Under the pieces are notes generated by a model. It was not told where the DNA came from. It ran no database searches and was given only the letters and a program-made list of their open reading frames with translations. A program made the position numbers and the translations under genes. 32,000 bases of DNA from Thermofilum adornatum. GTDB taxonomy: Archaea > Thermoproteota > Thermoprotei > Thermofilales > Thermofilaceae. Positions 9,177 through 17,722 of this stretch are shown here, piece by piece. How positions within the stretch are numbered: position 1 is the stretch's first letter; every line of letters begins with the position of its first letter. The stretch spans positions 660,001-692,000 of the forward strand of contig NC_022093.1 in assembly GCF_000446015.1 (NCBI RefSeq). The letters are read 5' to 3'.

Positions 9177-9729
9177 GTTGATCCTCCATTACGAACATTT
9201 TCATCGACTGGGTCCACTCATTTATAGACTTGCATAGAGACGTGTAGAGTATCTGCTCCTCTTTCGTCATGGACTCCATAAACTCTCTGCTTATCTCTGG
9301 ATGCGAAGCAGCAAGTCTAACTATTTTTGTGAGCCGTAACCTCAAGAGATCAAGAAACGCGATGCGTGTCTTTTCCAGCATGCCTTGGGCGGCCGCGTCT
9401 CCCGAAGCCGCCTTTCTTTTTAGCAGATAAAAGTAGATTTTAAGCTTCAGGTAAAAATTGTCGTCTAGAGAAGAGAGGCCCTCAGACTTTTCCTCGATCC
9501 AGGTCTGCTTACGCACTGCTGAGAGGTCGAGTAGCTTCCCCTCGTCATATTTTACACTGCCCTTTGCCTCGAGCTCCTTAGCAATGATGAACGGTAATTT
9601 GACTTTTGTCCCCTTTTGGAGCTGTATCTGTAGTCCGCCTGGAAGCACAACTACGTCGTTTTGTACTACTTCGACATCTACCTCTGCATCGTAGTAGAGC
9701 AGGGTGCCCGCCAGTTTATCTATCATCAT
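9169..9729 (-). CDS. GINS subunit, Gins23-type (by context and weak sequence pattern)
   Basis: A 186-aa protein lies directly upstream of mcm and overlaps it by 8 nt. gins23-mcm linkage is known in Sulfolobus. The segment ...FLDLLRLRLTKIVRLA resembles the helical GINS A-domain. Confidence 0.55.
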   Translation of the reverse strand: MMIDKLAGTLLYYDAEVDVEVVQNDVVVLPGGLQIQLQKGTKVKLPFIIAKELEAKGSVKYDEGKLLDLSAVRKQTWIEEKSEGLSSLDDNFYLKLKIYFYLLKRKAASGDAAAQGMLEKTRIAFLDLLRLRLTKIVRLAASHPEISREFMESMTKEEQILYTSLCKSINEWTQSMKMFVMEDQHV

Positions 9730-9818
9730 TTAGTATTAGGCAATTGTGTTTCTTTGAGGTTTTCTACTAGATAACAGTGAAAGTAAAAACGTAATACAAA
9801 GATAAGACAAAAGACATT

Positions 9819-10058
9819 CTAACGCGTACTAATCTTTCTTGCTTCTCTCTCGGTCTCCCTAAGCAACACAATGTCGCCAATCCTGACTGGGCCCCTGACG
9901 TTTCTTGTTAGTATCCTGCCCTTGTCTCTGCCCTCTAATACTCGGACCCTTACCTGTGTGACTTCTCCAGTGATCCCAGTCCTGCCTATAATCTGGACTA
10001 CTTCCGCTGGGAAGGCGTCGCTAAATTTATCCGCCGGTTGAGAGCCATGCGTACTCAT
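9819..10058 (-). CDS. rps28e: 30S ribosomal protein S28e (eS28)
   Basis: [59 protein letters not shown] is a near-consensus S28e sequence. Confidence 0.9.
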   Translation of the reverse strand: MSTHGSQPADKFSDAFPAEVVQIIGRTGITGEVTQVRVRVLEGRDKGRILTRNVRGPVRIGDIVLLRETEREARKISTR

Positions 10059-10121
10059 ATGAATTCACCAATAAACAACAAAATAAAAAGTTTTTGATTG
10101 AAAGTATTCTTTTCCTAAGAT

Positions 10122-10502
10122 CTACTGTTTTATCTTTAGTGTTGATAGCTCCTTTATGATCTCGTTTACTAGACTTGCTGCTTCTCCTGGCTCAATTATG
10201 GCCGCAGCGGCGGCGGCAACGTTTATTCCGGCTGCCTTTCCTAGCCTTTCCTTGCTTGGGACATAGATGTAGGGAACCTTTTTCTCCTCGCACAGTAGGG
10301 GCAGGTGGGCAACAACCTCTGGCGGGTCAACGTCAGTAGCTATTAGGACGAGCTGTGCTTGTCCCCTCTCGACCGCTTTTGTTGTTTCATTTGTTCCTTT
10401 CTTTATTTTTCCTTTTTCCCTTGCCACTTGGAGTGCTTGGTAGGCTTTTTCGGCAAGCTCTGGGGGCACTTCAAACTTTACATAAAACGGTTTTTTCGAC
10501 AT
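10122..10502 (-). CDS. rpl7ae: 50S ribosomal protein L7Ae (K-turn binding protein)
   Basis: [59 protein letters not shown] matches L7Ae. The ATG at 10502 ([13 protein letters not shown]) is preferred over the GTG at 10526. Confidence 0.93.
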   Translation of the reverse strand: MSKKPFYVKFEVPPELAEKAYQALQVAREKGKIKKGTNETTKAVERGQAQLVLIATDVDPPEVVAHLPLLCEEKKVPYIYVPSKERLGKAAGINVAAAAAAIIEPGEAASLVNEIIKELSTLKIKQ

Positions 10503-10576
10503 ATCGCTCACTCCTCGCTCATTCACCGTGTTGTCAATTAACCAGCTTAAATATTTTTTGATTCTATATTTGCACA

Positions 10577-11725
10577 GTGTCGTCCACGGTCTTCAGAGAA
10601 GATATCATAGCATATCTTGCCAGGTATCTTGGCAGAAAATATGCTGAGAAGCTACTTGAAAGTGTAACTACGCCTGGCACCCGCTATTTTTTCAGGGTCA
10701 ACACACTGAAGACTAAGCCAGAAGACTTGTTGCATGAGCTACGTAGTCAGGGCGTAAATGTTTATCAGCATGCACATGTTCCAGAAGCGCTCTTTGTGCC
10801 CGTGGAGGGCCCTTTCGAGATAAGAAGACTAGACAAGGTTGTATATGTGGATAAACACACTGCCGAAAGCGTTTACGTGGGCGCCAACGTTTTTGCTCCA
10901 GGGGTCTACAAGGTAGAGAATGCCGAAAAGGGGGACTACGTATCGGTCATTTCTCCTAACGGTATACTTGTAGCAGAGGGAATACTCGAGATGGAGCCCG
11001 ACGAGATTTTTTCGAAGAGAAGAGGGCTAGCCGTACGAGTGACAAGGTCTGTATACAAGGCCCAGTCGCTCCGAGATACTTCATATTTCCTCTCTGGACA
11101 TATCTATCACCAGTCGCTGCCCAGCATGGTCGCCGTGAGGCTACTTGACCCTAAGCCCGGAGAAACAATTCTGGACATGTGCAGTAGCCCGGGGGGAAAG
11201 TCCACCCATGCAGCCCAATTAATGGAAAACACTGGAGAAATAATTGCCGTCGACCGCTCGAAGTCAAAGGTAGATATAGTCCTGGAGAATGCGAAGAGGC
11301 TTGGGATAAACATTATCAAGGGCGTAGTATATGACAGCAGATATATCTCGGAGGTTCTTGGGAAGGAGAGCGTAGATGCCGTGATACTTGACCCTCCTTG
11401 TAGTGCTCTTGGCGTGAGACCTAAACTCTACTATGACCGTTCCTACCAGGACATAGTCAAGCTTGCAAACTACCAGAGACAGTTTATAAGAGAAGCAGTC
11501 AATGTTCTACGTAGAGGCGGAAAACTACTCTATACCACTTGTACTTTTTCTCCACTGGAGAACGAGCTCAACGTCGTCCATGCTTTCAGCGATTTCAGGC
11601 TCAAGCCCGTCCCAATCTCTTTTCCAAACATCAAGACACCGCTCCTAGGCATCCCTGGTCTCCAGTTTGATCCCCATCTCCACGATACACCTGGATTCTT
11701 CATAAGCATCTTAGTAAAAAAGTGA
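10577..11725 (+). CDS. PUA-domain NOL1/NOP2/Sun-family RNA cytosine-C5 methyltransferase
   Basis: The SAM motif is [16 protein letters not shown], and the catalytic motifs are [14 protein letters not shown] and [12 protein letters not shown]. The N-terminal part is PUA-like. The start is GTG. Confidence 0.85.
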   Translation: MSSTVFREDIIAYLARYLGRKYAEKLLESVTTPGTRYFFRVNTLKTKPEDLLHELRSQGVNVYQHAHVPEALFVPVEGPFEIRRLDKVVYVDKHTAESVYVGANVFAPGVYKVENAEKGDYVSVISPNGILVAEGILEMEPDEIFSKRRGLAVRVTRSVYKAQSLRDTSYFLSGHIYHQSLPSMVAVRLLDPKPGETILDMCSSPGGKSTHAAQLMENTGEIIAVDRSKSKVDIVLENAKRLGINIIKGVVYDSRYISEVLGKESVDAVILDPPCSALGVRPKLYYDRSYQDIVKLANYQRQFIREAVNVLRRGGKLLYTTCTFSPLENELNVVHAFSDFRLKPVPISFPNIKTPLLGIPGLQFDPHLHDTPGFFISILVKK

Positions 11726-11797
11726 CACACCTCATGCCAAATACATGCTAAAAAGCTTAAATAAGTGGCTTGACGTTCTTAGAGACAGGTGAAATAA

Positions 11798-12511
11798 ATG
11801 TTCCCAGCTGCACCTATGGCTGGATACGATAGAGCTATAACAATTTTCAGCCCTGAAGGCAGACTCTACCAAGTTGAGTATGCATTTGAAGCCGTCAAGA
11901 GGGGAATGACTGCGCTTGGAGTAAAAGCCGTAGACGGCGTCGTTCTAGCAGTCGAGAAGAGAAGCTCCTCCCCATTGATCGAGGGTACCGAGAAAATCAA
12001 GAAAATAGACACTCATGTAGGAGTAGCATTTGCAGGACTCTTTGGTGATGCACGCGTCTTGATCGACCAGGCTAGGGTATACGCACAGTCTCACAGGCTC
12101 GTTTATGGGGAGCCAATACCCATCGAGCTACTCGTAAAGAGGATATGCGACATAAAGCAGGTCTACACCCAGCACGGCGGAGTTAGACCGTTCGGTGTAG
12201 CATTCCTATTCGCAGGCGTCGATAGGGCTGGACCACACCTCGTACAGACGGACCCTGGAGGCACTTACCTGAGGTGCAAGGCGAGGGCAATCGGTATAGG
12301 TGCCCAGAAAGCAACAGACCTATTTATGAAGGAGTACCGCGAAGACATCAAGGTCGACGAGGCACTTATACTGGCTCTAAAGGCCCTAAGAGACTCTATG
12401 GAGGAGGGATTTTCTCCAGAAAACATAGAGCTTGCCAAGATAGATGTATACAGCAAGGAATTCAAAATACTCAGCGTTAACGAAGTCGCCGAGCTAATGA
12501 AAAAGCTCTAA
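11798..12511 (+). CDS. psmA: Proteasome subunit alpha
   Basis: GYDRAITIFSPEGRLYQVEYAFEAVKRG is the alpha-subunit signature. AGGTGA lies 5 nt upstream of the ATG. Confidence 0.95.
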   Translation: MFPAAPMAGYDRAITIFSPEGRLYQVEYAFEAVKRGMTALGVKAVDGVVLAVEKRSSSPLIEGTEKIKKIDTHVGVAFAGLFGDARVLIDQARVYAQSHRLVYGEPIPIELLVKRICDIKQVYTQHGGVRPFGVAFLFAGVDRAGPHLVQTDPGGTYLRCKARAIGIGAQKATDLFMKEYREDIKVDEALILALKALRDSMEEGFSPENIELAKIDVYSKEFKILSVNEVAELMKKL

Positions 12512-12543
12512 ATTTTGAGTAGCGCGCTATTCATCTACGGTTT

Positions 12544-12552
12544 TTTTAAATA
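12544..12552 (+). promoter_or_regulatory. TATA box (TTTTAAATA) for the SBDS/exosome operon, overlapping a T7 terminator-like tract after psmA
   Basis: The sequence ggTTTTTTTAAATAttgg ends 34 nt upstream of the ATG at 12586. Confidence 0.45.
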
Positions 12553-12585
12553 TTGGTTTTTGAATTATTCTTTCAGGCGTGAAAC

Positions 12586-13293
12586 ATGTCGAGCAAGAAG
12601 AAGCTTAGTATAGCAAGGCTTGAGAAGGGAGGAAAGCGGTACGAGATATTTGTGGATGTTGAAAAAGCCTGGAAATACAAGAACGGTGAACATATCAATA
12701 TTAAAGAAATAATAGAGGGAGAATTCATCTATTACGATGCAAATAGGGGCCTTAAAGCTTCAGAGGCAGAGCTGAAGAAAATCTTTGGAACAGAGGACAT
12801 ATATGCTATTGCCGAGACTATCCTAAAGAACGGTGAACTGCTTCTTACAACTGAGCAGAGACGGGAACTAATTGAGCAGAAAAAGAGACAGATCATCGAG
12901 GCTATTTCCCGTAACGCTGTCGACCCTAGGACAAACGCACCTATCCCCGTCAAAAGGATAGAGCTAGCACTTGAGGAGGCACGGGTAAATATAGATCCAT
13001 TCAAACCCGTCGAGCAACAGCTCCCCGACGTCGTTAAGGCCCTAAGAATGATACTACCAATGAAGATGATGCGCGCCATAATGGCTGTTCATATTCCAGC
13101 AGCCTACGTGGGTAAAACCTACAGCACCATTGGCAAAATGGGCAAGGTTCTACGTGAGAACTATCTTAGCGACGGCTCGCTACAGCTGGAAATAGAGATA
13201 CCCGCAGGGATGCAGACAACTCTAATAGAGAGAGTCGCCTCTCTGACAAAAGGAAACGGCGAAGTAAAACTACTTAAAACAGAAAGCGTATAG
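12586..13293 (+). CDS. SBDS-family ribosome maturation protein (Sdo1)
   Basis: [26 protein letters not shown]...[29 protein letters not shown] matches the SBDS family. Its position between psmA and rrp4 is conserved. Confidence 0.88.
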   Translation: MSSKKKLSIARLEKGGKRYEIFVDVEKAWKYKNGEHINIKEIIEGEFIYYDANRGLKASEAELKKIFGTEDIYAIAETILKNGELLLTTEQRRELIEQKKRQIIEAISRNAVDPRTNAPIPVKRIELALEEARVNIDPFKPVEQQLPDVVKALRMILPMKMMRAIMAVHIPAAYVGKTYSTIGKMGKVLRENYLSDGSLQLEIEIPAGMQTTLIERVASLTKGNGEVKLLKTESV

Positions 13294-13301
13294 GTGTCAC
13301 T

Positions 13302-14000
13302 ATGCCGATATATGTTAAGGATAGACAAATAGTGGTGCCAGGAGAAGCAATTGGTGAACAGGGAAAAATAAAGATAGAGGGACACGTCTTCAGGATTGGG
13401 AAAAAATACTATTCAAAGGTGCTAGGAGTCGTAACAATAAACGAGGACGCAAAGGTTCTTAGAGTAATACCCCTGAAGGGAAAATATTTCCCTGTCGAGG
13501 GTCACACAGTTATAGGAAAAATCATTGACGTTGGCTTCACTAGCTGGGACGTTGACATAAATTCTCCATACACAGCTGTCTTGCCTGTTTCCGAGGTTAC
13601 AAGCAAGCCTGTAACAATCTCTAGGACAGACCTCTCCAAGATACTTGACGTTGGAGACCTGATACTGGCGAAAATAGTCTCGTTTGATTTAAACAAGGAC
13701 CCTGTGCTCACAATTAAGGAGTCTAAGCTTGGCAAGATACCACGTGGCGTCCTCGTCGAGATACCTCCACAGAAAATACCGAGAATAATCGGGAAAAAAG
13801 GCTCAATGATCTCAATGATAAAAGAAATGCTCGGCGTCGAGCTCATAGTTGGTCAGAACGGTAGAATAGTTATAGTTGGAGAAGACCCATACAAGGTTGA
13901 ACTAGCCGTGTTAACAATCAGAAAAATCGAGTCAGAGGCTCATACCACTGGATTAACAGATCGTATTAAGAAGTTTATAGAAGAGAGGTTGAGAACATGA
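13302..14000 (+). CDS. rrp4: Exosome complex RNA-binding protein Rrp4 (S1 + KH)
   Basis: It has an S1-like middle region and a KH motif [14 protein letters not shown]. It lies directly upstream of rrp41 with an ATGA overlap. Confidence 0.9.
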   Translation: MPIYVKDRQIVVPGEAIGEQGKIKIEGHVFRIGKKYYSKVLGVVTINEDAKVLRVIPLKGKYFPVEGHTVIGKIIDVGFTSWDVDINSPYTAVLPVSEVTSKPVTISRTDLSKILDVGDLILAKIVSFDLNKDPVLTIKESKLGKIPRGVLVEIPPQKIPRIIGKKGSMISMIKEMLGVELIVGQNGRIVIVGEDPYKVELAVLTIRKIESEAHTTGLTDRIKKFIEERLRT

Positions 14001-14731
14001 AGAAGACTCCACCAGAAAGACTAATAGATGAAAATGGAAGAAGAATCGATGGGCGACTCCCAGACGAGATGCGGCCGCTACGCATAGAGGCCGGGGTGCT
14101 CAAGAACGCAGACGGCTCGGCATACGTAGAGCTAGGCAACAACAAGGTCATAGCCGCGGCATATGGCCCAAGAGAAGTCGTGCCAAGGCACGAGGCACTG
14201 CCTGACCGCGCGGTTTTCAGATGCAGATATACTATGTTGCCGTTCTCGGTGGACGAAAGGAAGAGTCCTCAGCCGTCTAGACGCGAAGTGGAGCTTTCAA
14301 AAGTTATTAGAGAGGCCCTTGCTCCGGCGATTTTCCTCCAGGAGTACCCGAGAACAGCAATCGAGGTCTACATAAACATTATTCAGGCAGACGGCGGAAC
14401 AAGAACAGCAAGCATAATAGCTGGGGCGGTGGCACTTGCAGACGCAGGCATCTCGATGAGAGACCTCGTAGCCGCCATAGCCGTCGGGAAAATAGGAGAT
14501 ATACTAGTCCTAGACATAAACGGCATAGAAGACCAGTTCGGAGACGGAGACATGCCGATAGCCATGATGCCGAGCAGGGGAGAAATAACACTTCTCCAAG
14601 CAGACGGAGTATATACGCCCCAACAAATAGAGGAAGCAATCAAGCTCGCACAAAAGGCAATCCAAAAGATATATGCCGAGCAGGTGCGAGCATTAAAATC
14701 AAAGTATGAAGCGATAAAAGAGAGTGAGTAA
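13997..14731 (+). CDS. rrp41: Exosome complex exonuclease Rrp41 (RNase PH domain)
   Basis: [47 protein letters not shown] and ...[21 protein letters not shown] show the RNase PH fold. Confidence 0.93.
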   Translation: MKKTPPERLIDENGRRIDGRLPDEMRPLRIEAGVLKNADGSAYVELGNNKVIAAAYGPREVVPRHEALPDRAVFRCRYTMLPFSVDERKSPQPSRREVELSKVIREALAPAIFLQEYPRTAIEVYINIIQADGGTRTASIIAGAVALADAGISMRDLVAAIAVGKIGDILVLDINGIEDQFGDGDMPIAMMPSRGEITLLQADGVYTPQQIEEAIKLAQKAIQKIYAEQVRALKSKYEAIKESE

Positions 14732-14732
14732 A

Positions 14733-15575
14733 ATGTCTGAGGAAAGGATATATCTACCCTCCATAAAGCGGGACGTTATACTTGCCTCACTAGCAAAGGG
14801 CGAGAGACTAGACGGGAGAAAATTCGACCAGTACCGCGAAATAAGGCTGGAAAAAGGCATAGTGGGCAAAGCCGAGGGCTCCGCCAGGGTATACATAGGA
14901 TCCACACAGGTTATCGCCGGTGTAAAACTATCTATAGGCAACCCCTTCCCTGACACGCCAAATGAAGGAGTCCAAATAGTAAACGCCGAGCTATCACCCC
15001 TAGCGTCCCCGCTCTTCGAGTGGGGGCCCCCAGGCGAAGAAGATATCGAGCTTGCAAGAGTCATAGACAGAGGCCTTCGAAGCGCCCGCACCGTAGACCT
15101 CTCCAAACTTGTAATAATACCGGGCACGAAGGTCTGGACTCTCTACATTGACATATACCCCTTAGACCACGACGGAAACATCATAGATGCGGCGGGCCTC
15201 GCTGCCCTCCTTGCACTCCTAGACACAAAGGTCCCAAAAACCACAGTAGACAATGGAAAGATAACTGTCTTAGAAGAAAAAGACCCGCTACCCGTAACCA
15301 ATCTTGTAATCTATGTAACCGTCGCAAAGATAGACGAATACCTTATCCTCGACCCTACACTCGAAGAAGAACTTGCAGCCGACGCAAAAATCACCTTCGG
15401 AGTAACGGAGAAAGGAGAAATATGCGCAATACAGAAGAGCGGCGAGGGATCCTTCAAGCCAGAAGAAGTCCTCAAGGCAAGAGACCTAGCGATAAATGCC
15501 TCGAAGCAACTTTTTGAAGCCGTCAAGAAAACTGTAGGCCTCGCAGACACGCCTAAGCAAGCTCAGCAAGCGTAG
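14733..15575 (+). CDS. rrp42: Exosome complex component Rrp42
   Basis: GERLDGRKFDQYREIRLEKGIVGKAEGSARVYIGSTQVIAGVK is RNase-PH-like and non-catalytic. The ATG at 14733 lies 2 nt after the rrp41 stop; a GTG at 14724 is also possible. Confidence 0.9.
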   Translation: MSEERIYLPSIKRDVILASLAKGERLDGRKFDQYREIRLEKGIVGKAEGSARVYIGSTQVIAGVKLSIGNPFPDTPNEGVQIVNAELSPLASPLFEWGPPGEEDIELARVIDRGLRSARTVDLSKLVIIPGTKVWTLYIDIYPLDHDGNIIDAAGLAALLALLDTKVPKTTVDNGKITVLEEKDPLPVTNLVIYVTVAKIDEYLILDPTLEEELAADAKITFGVTEKGEICAIQKSGEGSFKPEEVLKARDLAINASKQLFEAVKKTVGLADTPKQAQQA

Positions 15576-15588
15576 CACTACCGCTAAA

Positions 15589-15596
15589 TTTATATT
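15589..15596 (+). promoter_or_regulatory. TATA-like box (TTTATATT) upstream of rpl37ae
   Basis: It ends 33 nt upstream of the ATG at 15629. AGGTG lies at 15617-15621. Confidence 0.4.
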
Positions 15597-15628
15597 AATG
15601 ATGACCTTCTCTCCCCAAGGTGTAAATT

Positions 15629-15901
15629 ATGGGTAAACACACGAAAGTCGTCGGGCCAGCTGGACGCTTTGGCGCAAGGTACGGAGCCACACTCCGTAAA
15701 AAAGTCGCAGCAATAGAGAGAAAAATGAAGGGCAAACACAGGTGCCCAAGGTGCCAAGCAGTCGGCACGGTTAGGCGACTCAGCGTCGGCATCTGGTACT
15801 GCGAAAAATGCGGCTACAAATTCGCTGGCGGGGCCTGGCTGCCAAAGACAGAAGCTGGAAAAACATTCACACCAGAAGAACTAAAACAAATGGGACTCTA
15901 G
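15629..15901 (+). CDS. rpl37ae: 50S ribosomal protein L37Ae (eL43)
   Basis: [62 protein letters not shown] is the L37Ae zinc ribbon. Confidence 0.9.
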   Translation: MGKHTKVVGPAGRFGARYGATLRKKVAAIERKMKGKHRCPRCQAVGTVRRLSVGIWYCEKCGYKFAGGAWLPKTEAGKTFTPEELKQMGL

Positions 15902-16705
15902 CGACTTTTTCGCTAGACAGGCCACTTCTCTCGGGGACAGCTCCCTAACCCTTTTCTCTTCTGAAATATTACAATTTTCGAGAAGCTCCCTCGTCGCTCT
16001 CCTGTCCACTTGCAGGCCAAATTCAAGCGCCCTGGCTATCTTCCTGTTTATGTAGGGAAAAACCCTCTTAGTAAACTCCTCAACAACCCTCACCTCTTTG
16101 AGGTCCCTGTCCCGCCTAGGCACAAGCCTCAAAAAAGACGTGTAAACCTTGGGCCTAGGATAGAAAGAGTAGGGGGAAACATCAAACAGCCTCTCGGCAT
16201 CATAACACAGCCGTGCTATAACACTGAGCCTGCCATAGTTCCTCGACCCCTCACTAGCGAGAACACGGTCAGCAACCTCCTTCTGAACCCCCAGAAAAGC
16301 CTCTTCCAGACCAAGGTCATAACACAGCCTAACAATCAGAACAGACGACAGGTTAAACGGAGTGTTCGACACTGCAACATGCCTCGACAAACTATTCTCA
16401 AAACACGTAGCATCACAAAGCATAAGATCCACATTGCCGACACCCCGCCTCTCCAGCTCACGCTTCAAAAGCCCCAGAAAAACCCTGTCAACTTCACAGC
16501 CATAGATATACTCCGCTTTTCTGGCCATATAGAGAGTCAAACTGCCCAAGCCACTCCCAACCTCAAAGACAACCCTGTCCTCTACCAGAGACGCAACCCT
16601 CTCAGCGACCAAATCATCAACCAAAAAATGCTGGCCAAGACGCTTCCTCACCCCAACAAGACCCGCCAATCCATACACATACTCCCTAAGCATACCACGC
16701 GCCAC
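15881..16705 (-). CDS. rsmA: 16S rRNA (adenine-N6,N6)-dimethyltransferase KsgA/Dim1
   Basis: [15 protein letters not shown]...[16 protein letters not shown]...[10 protein letters not shown] matches the KsgA family. A TATA-like box read on the - strand lies at about 16726-16736. The 3' end overlaps rpl37ae convergently by 21 nt. Confidence 0.9.
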   Translation of the reverse strand: MARGMLREYVYGLAGLVGVRKRLGQHFLVDDLVAERVASLVEDRVVFEVGSGLGSLTLYMARKAEYIYGCEVDRVFLGLLKRELERRGVGNVDLMLCDATCFENSLSRHVAVSNTPFNLSSVLIVRLCYDLGLEEAFLGVQKEVADRVLASEGSRNYGRLSVIARLCYDAERLFDVSPYSFYPRPKVYTSFLRLVPRRDRDLKEVRVVEEFTKRVFPYINRKIARALEFGLQVDRRATRELLENCNISEEKRVRELSPREVACLAKKSLESHLF

Positions 16706-17085
16706 AAGAGCCCCAGACCATCATTTTATAAACAACAATCAGAACCACCTATAAAAAACGTTAACGCGAACAAAAAGAAAAACCTCATAATACATGGAAC
16801 CACAATGAGGCTACCCCTCTCCACAAGAATCATCCAACCTCATTCCCTTTCATAAAACATTTTTCTAAAACTATATTGATTGTATTTTTAAAGAGAATTT
16901 TTCAGAGTATGAGCTGAATGCTAATGAAGACTTATTGGTTTATGTCAGCAACTCTTTAGCTGTCAATGTAGACAAAACTAATTCTTGTCTCAATTGAAGC
17001 ACCAAACATCTGAGATAAAAGGTGGTCTAGGCGAATGGGTTCCCTTTTTCCGGGTTTTATGTATTCGGTAACTTTCTCTTGAGTT

Positions 17086-17722
17086 TGGCCGCTCGAGCCC
17101 GCAACTGTGTGGGCGTGTGACCAGCGGCAATCGTCTAGGGCCCCTTGGGCAACATGCATCCCCTCGGGGCCGCGTGTACACGCCGAGCACGTGGGATGAC
17201 CCCCAGCTAGAGTATGCTCGGCGTGGGTAGGGGGGACGCAGATGGCTAGGGGTGGGCCCGCAGAGGGCCGGGTAGCCTAAAGCATGCAGCCCGTCCGCCA
17301 AAAAACGAGTCTTTTTTCTGGCCCCTTTCCATTTTTTCTTCTTTCCCCTTTTCCCCGATCCGCCCCCACCCTCATATGGGTGGCGCCCCCAAAACAGGGG
17401 GCGGCTTCGACGCCCGAACCGTGTATGGGGGACCCTGCACGGCTCTGGGCAATGAGGGTCGCGCCTCGCCACGGGAGACCCTGACAGGCGCGGCTAGGGG
17501 AAGGGGGAAAGGGGCCAGCTACTGAATGCCTTGCCTTCACTATACACGGCAGTCCAAAAACACTCATAGACCCACACATGTGCCCGTCCCGCCGGCCCCT
17601 GGGGCCTAGCCGGATCCATGCCTCCGCGCCCTCACAGGGCGCCCCCGGATCCCAGGCTCCGGGGTGAGCAGGCATGGATATGGCTACAGGCCCCGAGGGA
17701 AGGCGGACGGGCCCCACCGACC
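17086..17722 (+). ncRNA. Large G+C-rich, highly self-complementary non-coding block: unclassified structured RNA(s) or a structured leader of the downstream ORF. Strand is inferred from context only.
   Basis: Composition jumps sharply: 47 of 60 nt are G/C in 17581-17640, against 14 of 60 in 16861-16920. All ORFs inside are Arg/Pro/Gly-rich nonsense. Many perfect helices are present, including the long-range pairs 17289-17299/17702-17712 (11 bp), 17318-17330/17506-17518 (13 bp) and 17614-17622/17671-17679 (9 bp). In a hyperthermophile with a moderate-GC genome such islands usually mark structural RNA. Confidence 0.5.

Noticed and set aside
16010-16855. A 281-aa ORF on the + strand
   Set aside because: It is entirely antisense to the well-supported ksgA/dim1 gene. 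Its translation is low-complexity P/N/Q/K/R-rich sequence with no recognisable motif, so it is a shadow ORF.
16914-17013. C/D-box-like strings (CTGA, ATGAAGA ... CTGA) upstream of the GC-rich block
   Set aside because: The C-to-D distance is about 90 nt, and no internal D'/C' pair gives 12-nt spacers. This does not fit archaeal C/D sRNA architecture.
17086-17722. GC-rich block as RNase P RNA, SRP (7S) RNA or an rRNA fragment
   Set aside because: I looked on both strands for RNase P CR-I (GAGGAAAGUCC) and CR-V (ACAGAA..GGCUUA). I also looked for the SRP helix-8 GGAA/AGCA pattern and for 16S/23S/5S hallmark strings. Only weak look-alikes were found (GGAAAGGGGCCAG, which occurs as an inverted repeat, and ACAGGGGGCGGCUUCG). 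A covariance-model search is still needed to exclude these classes formally.
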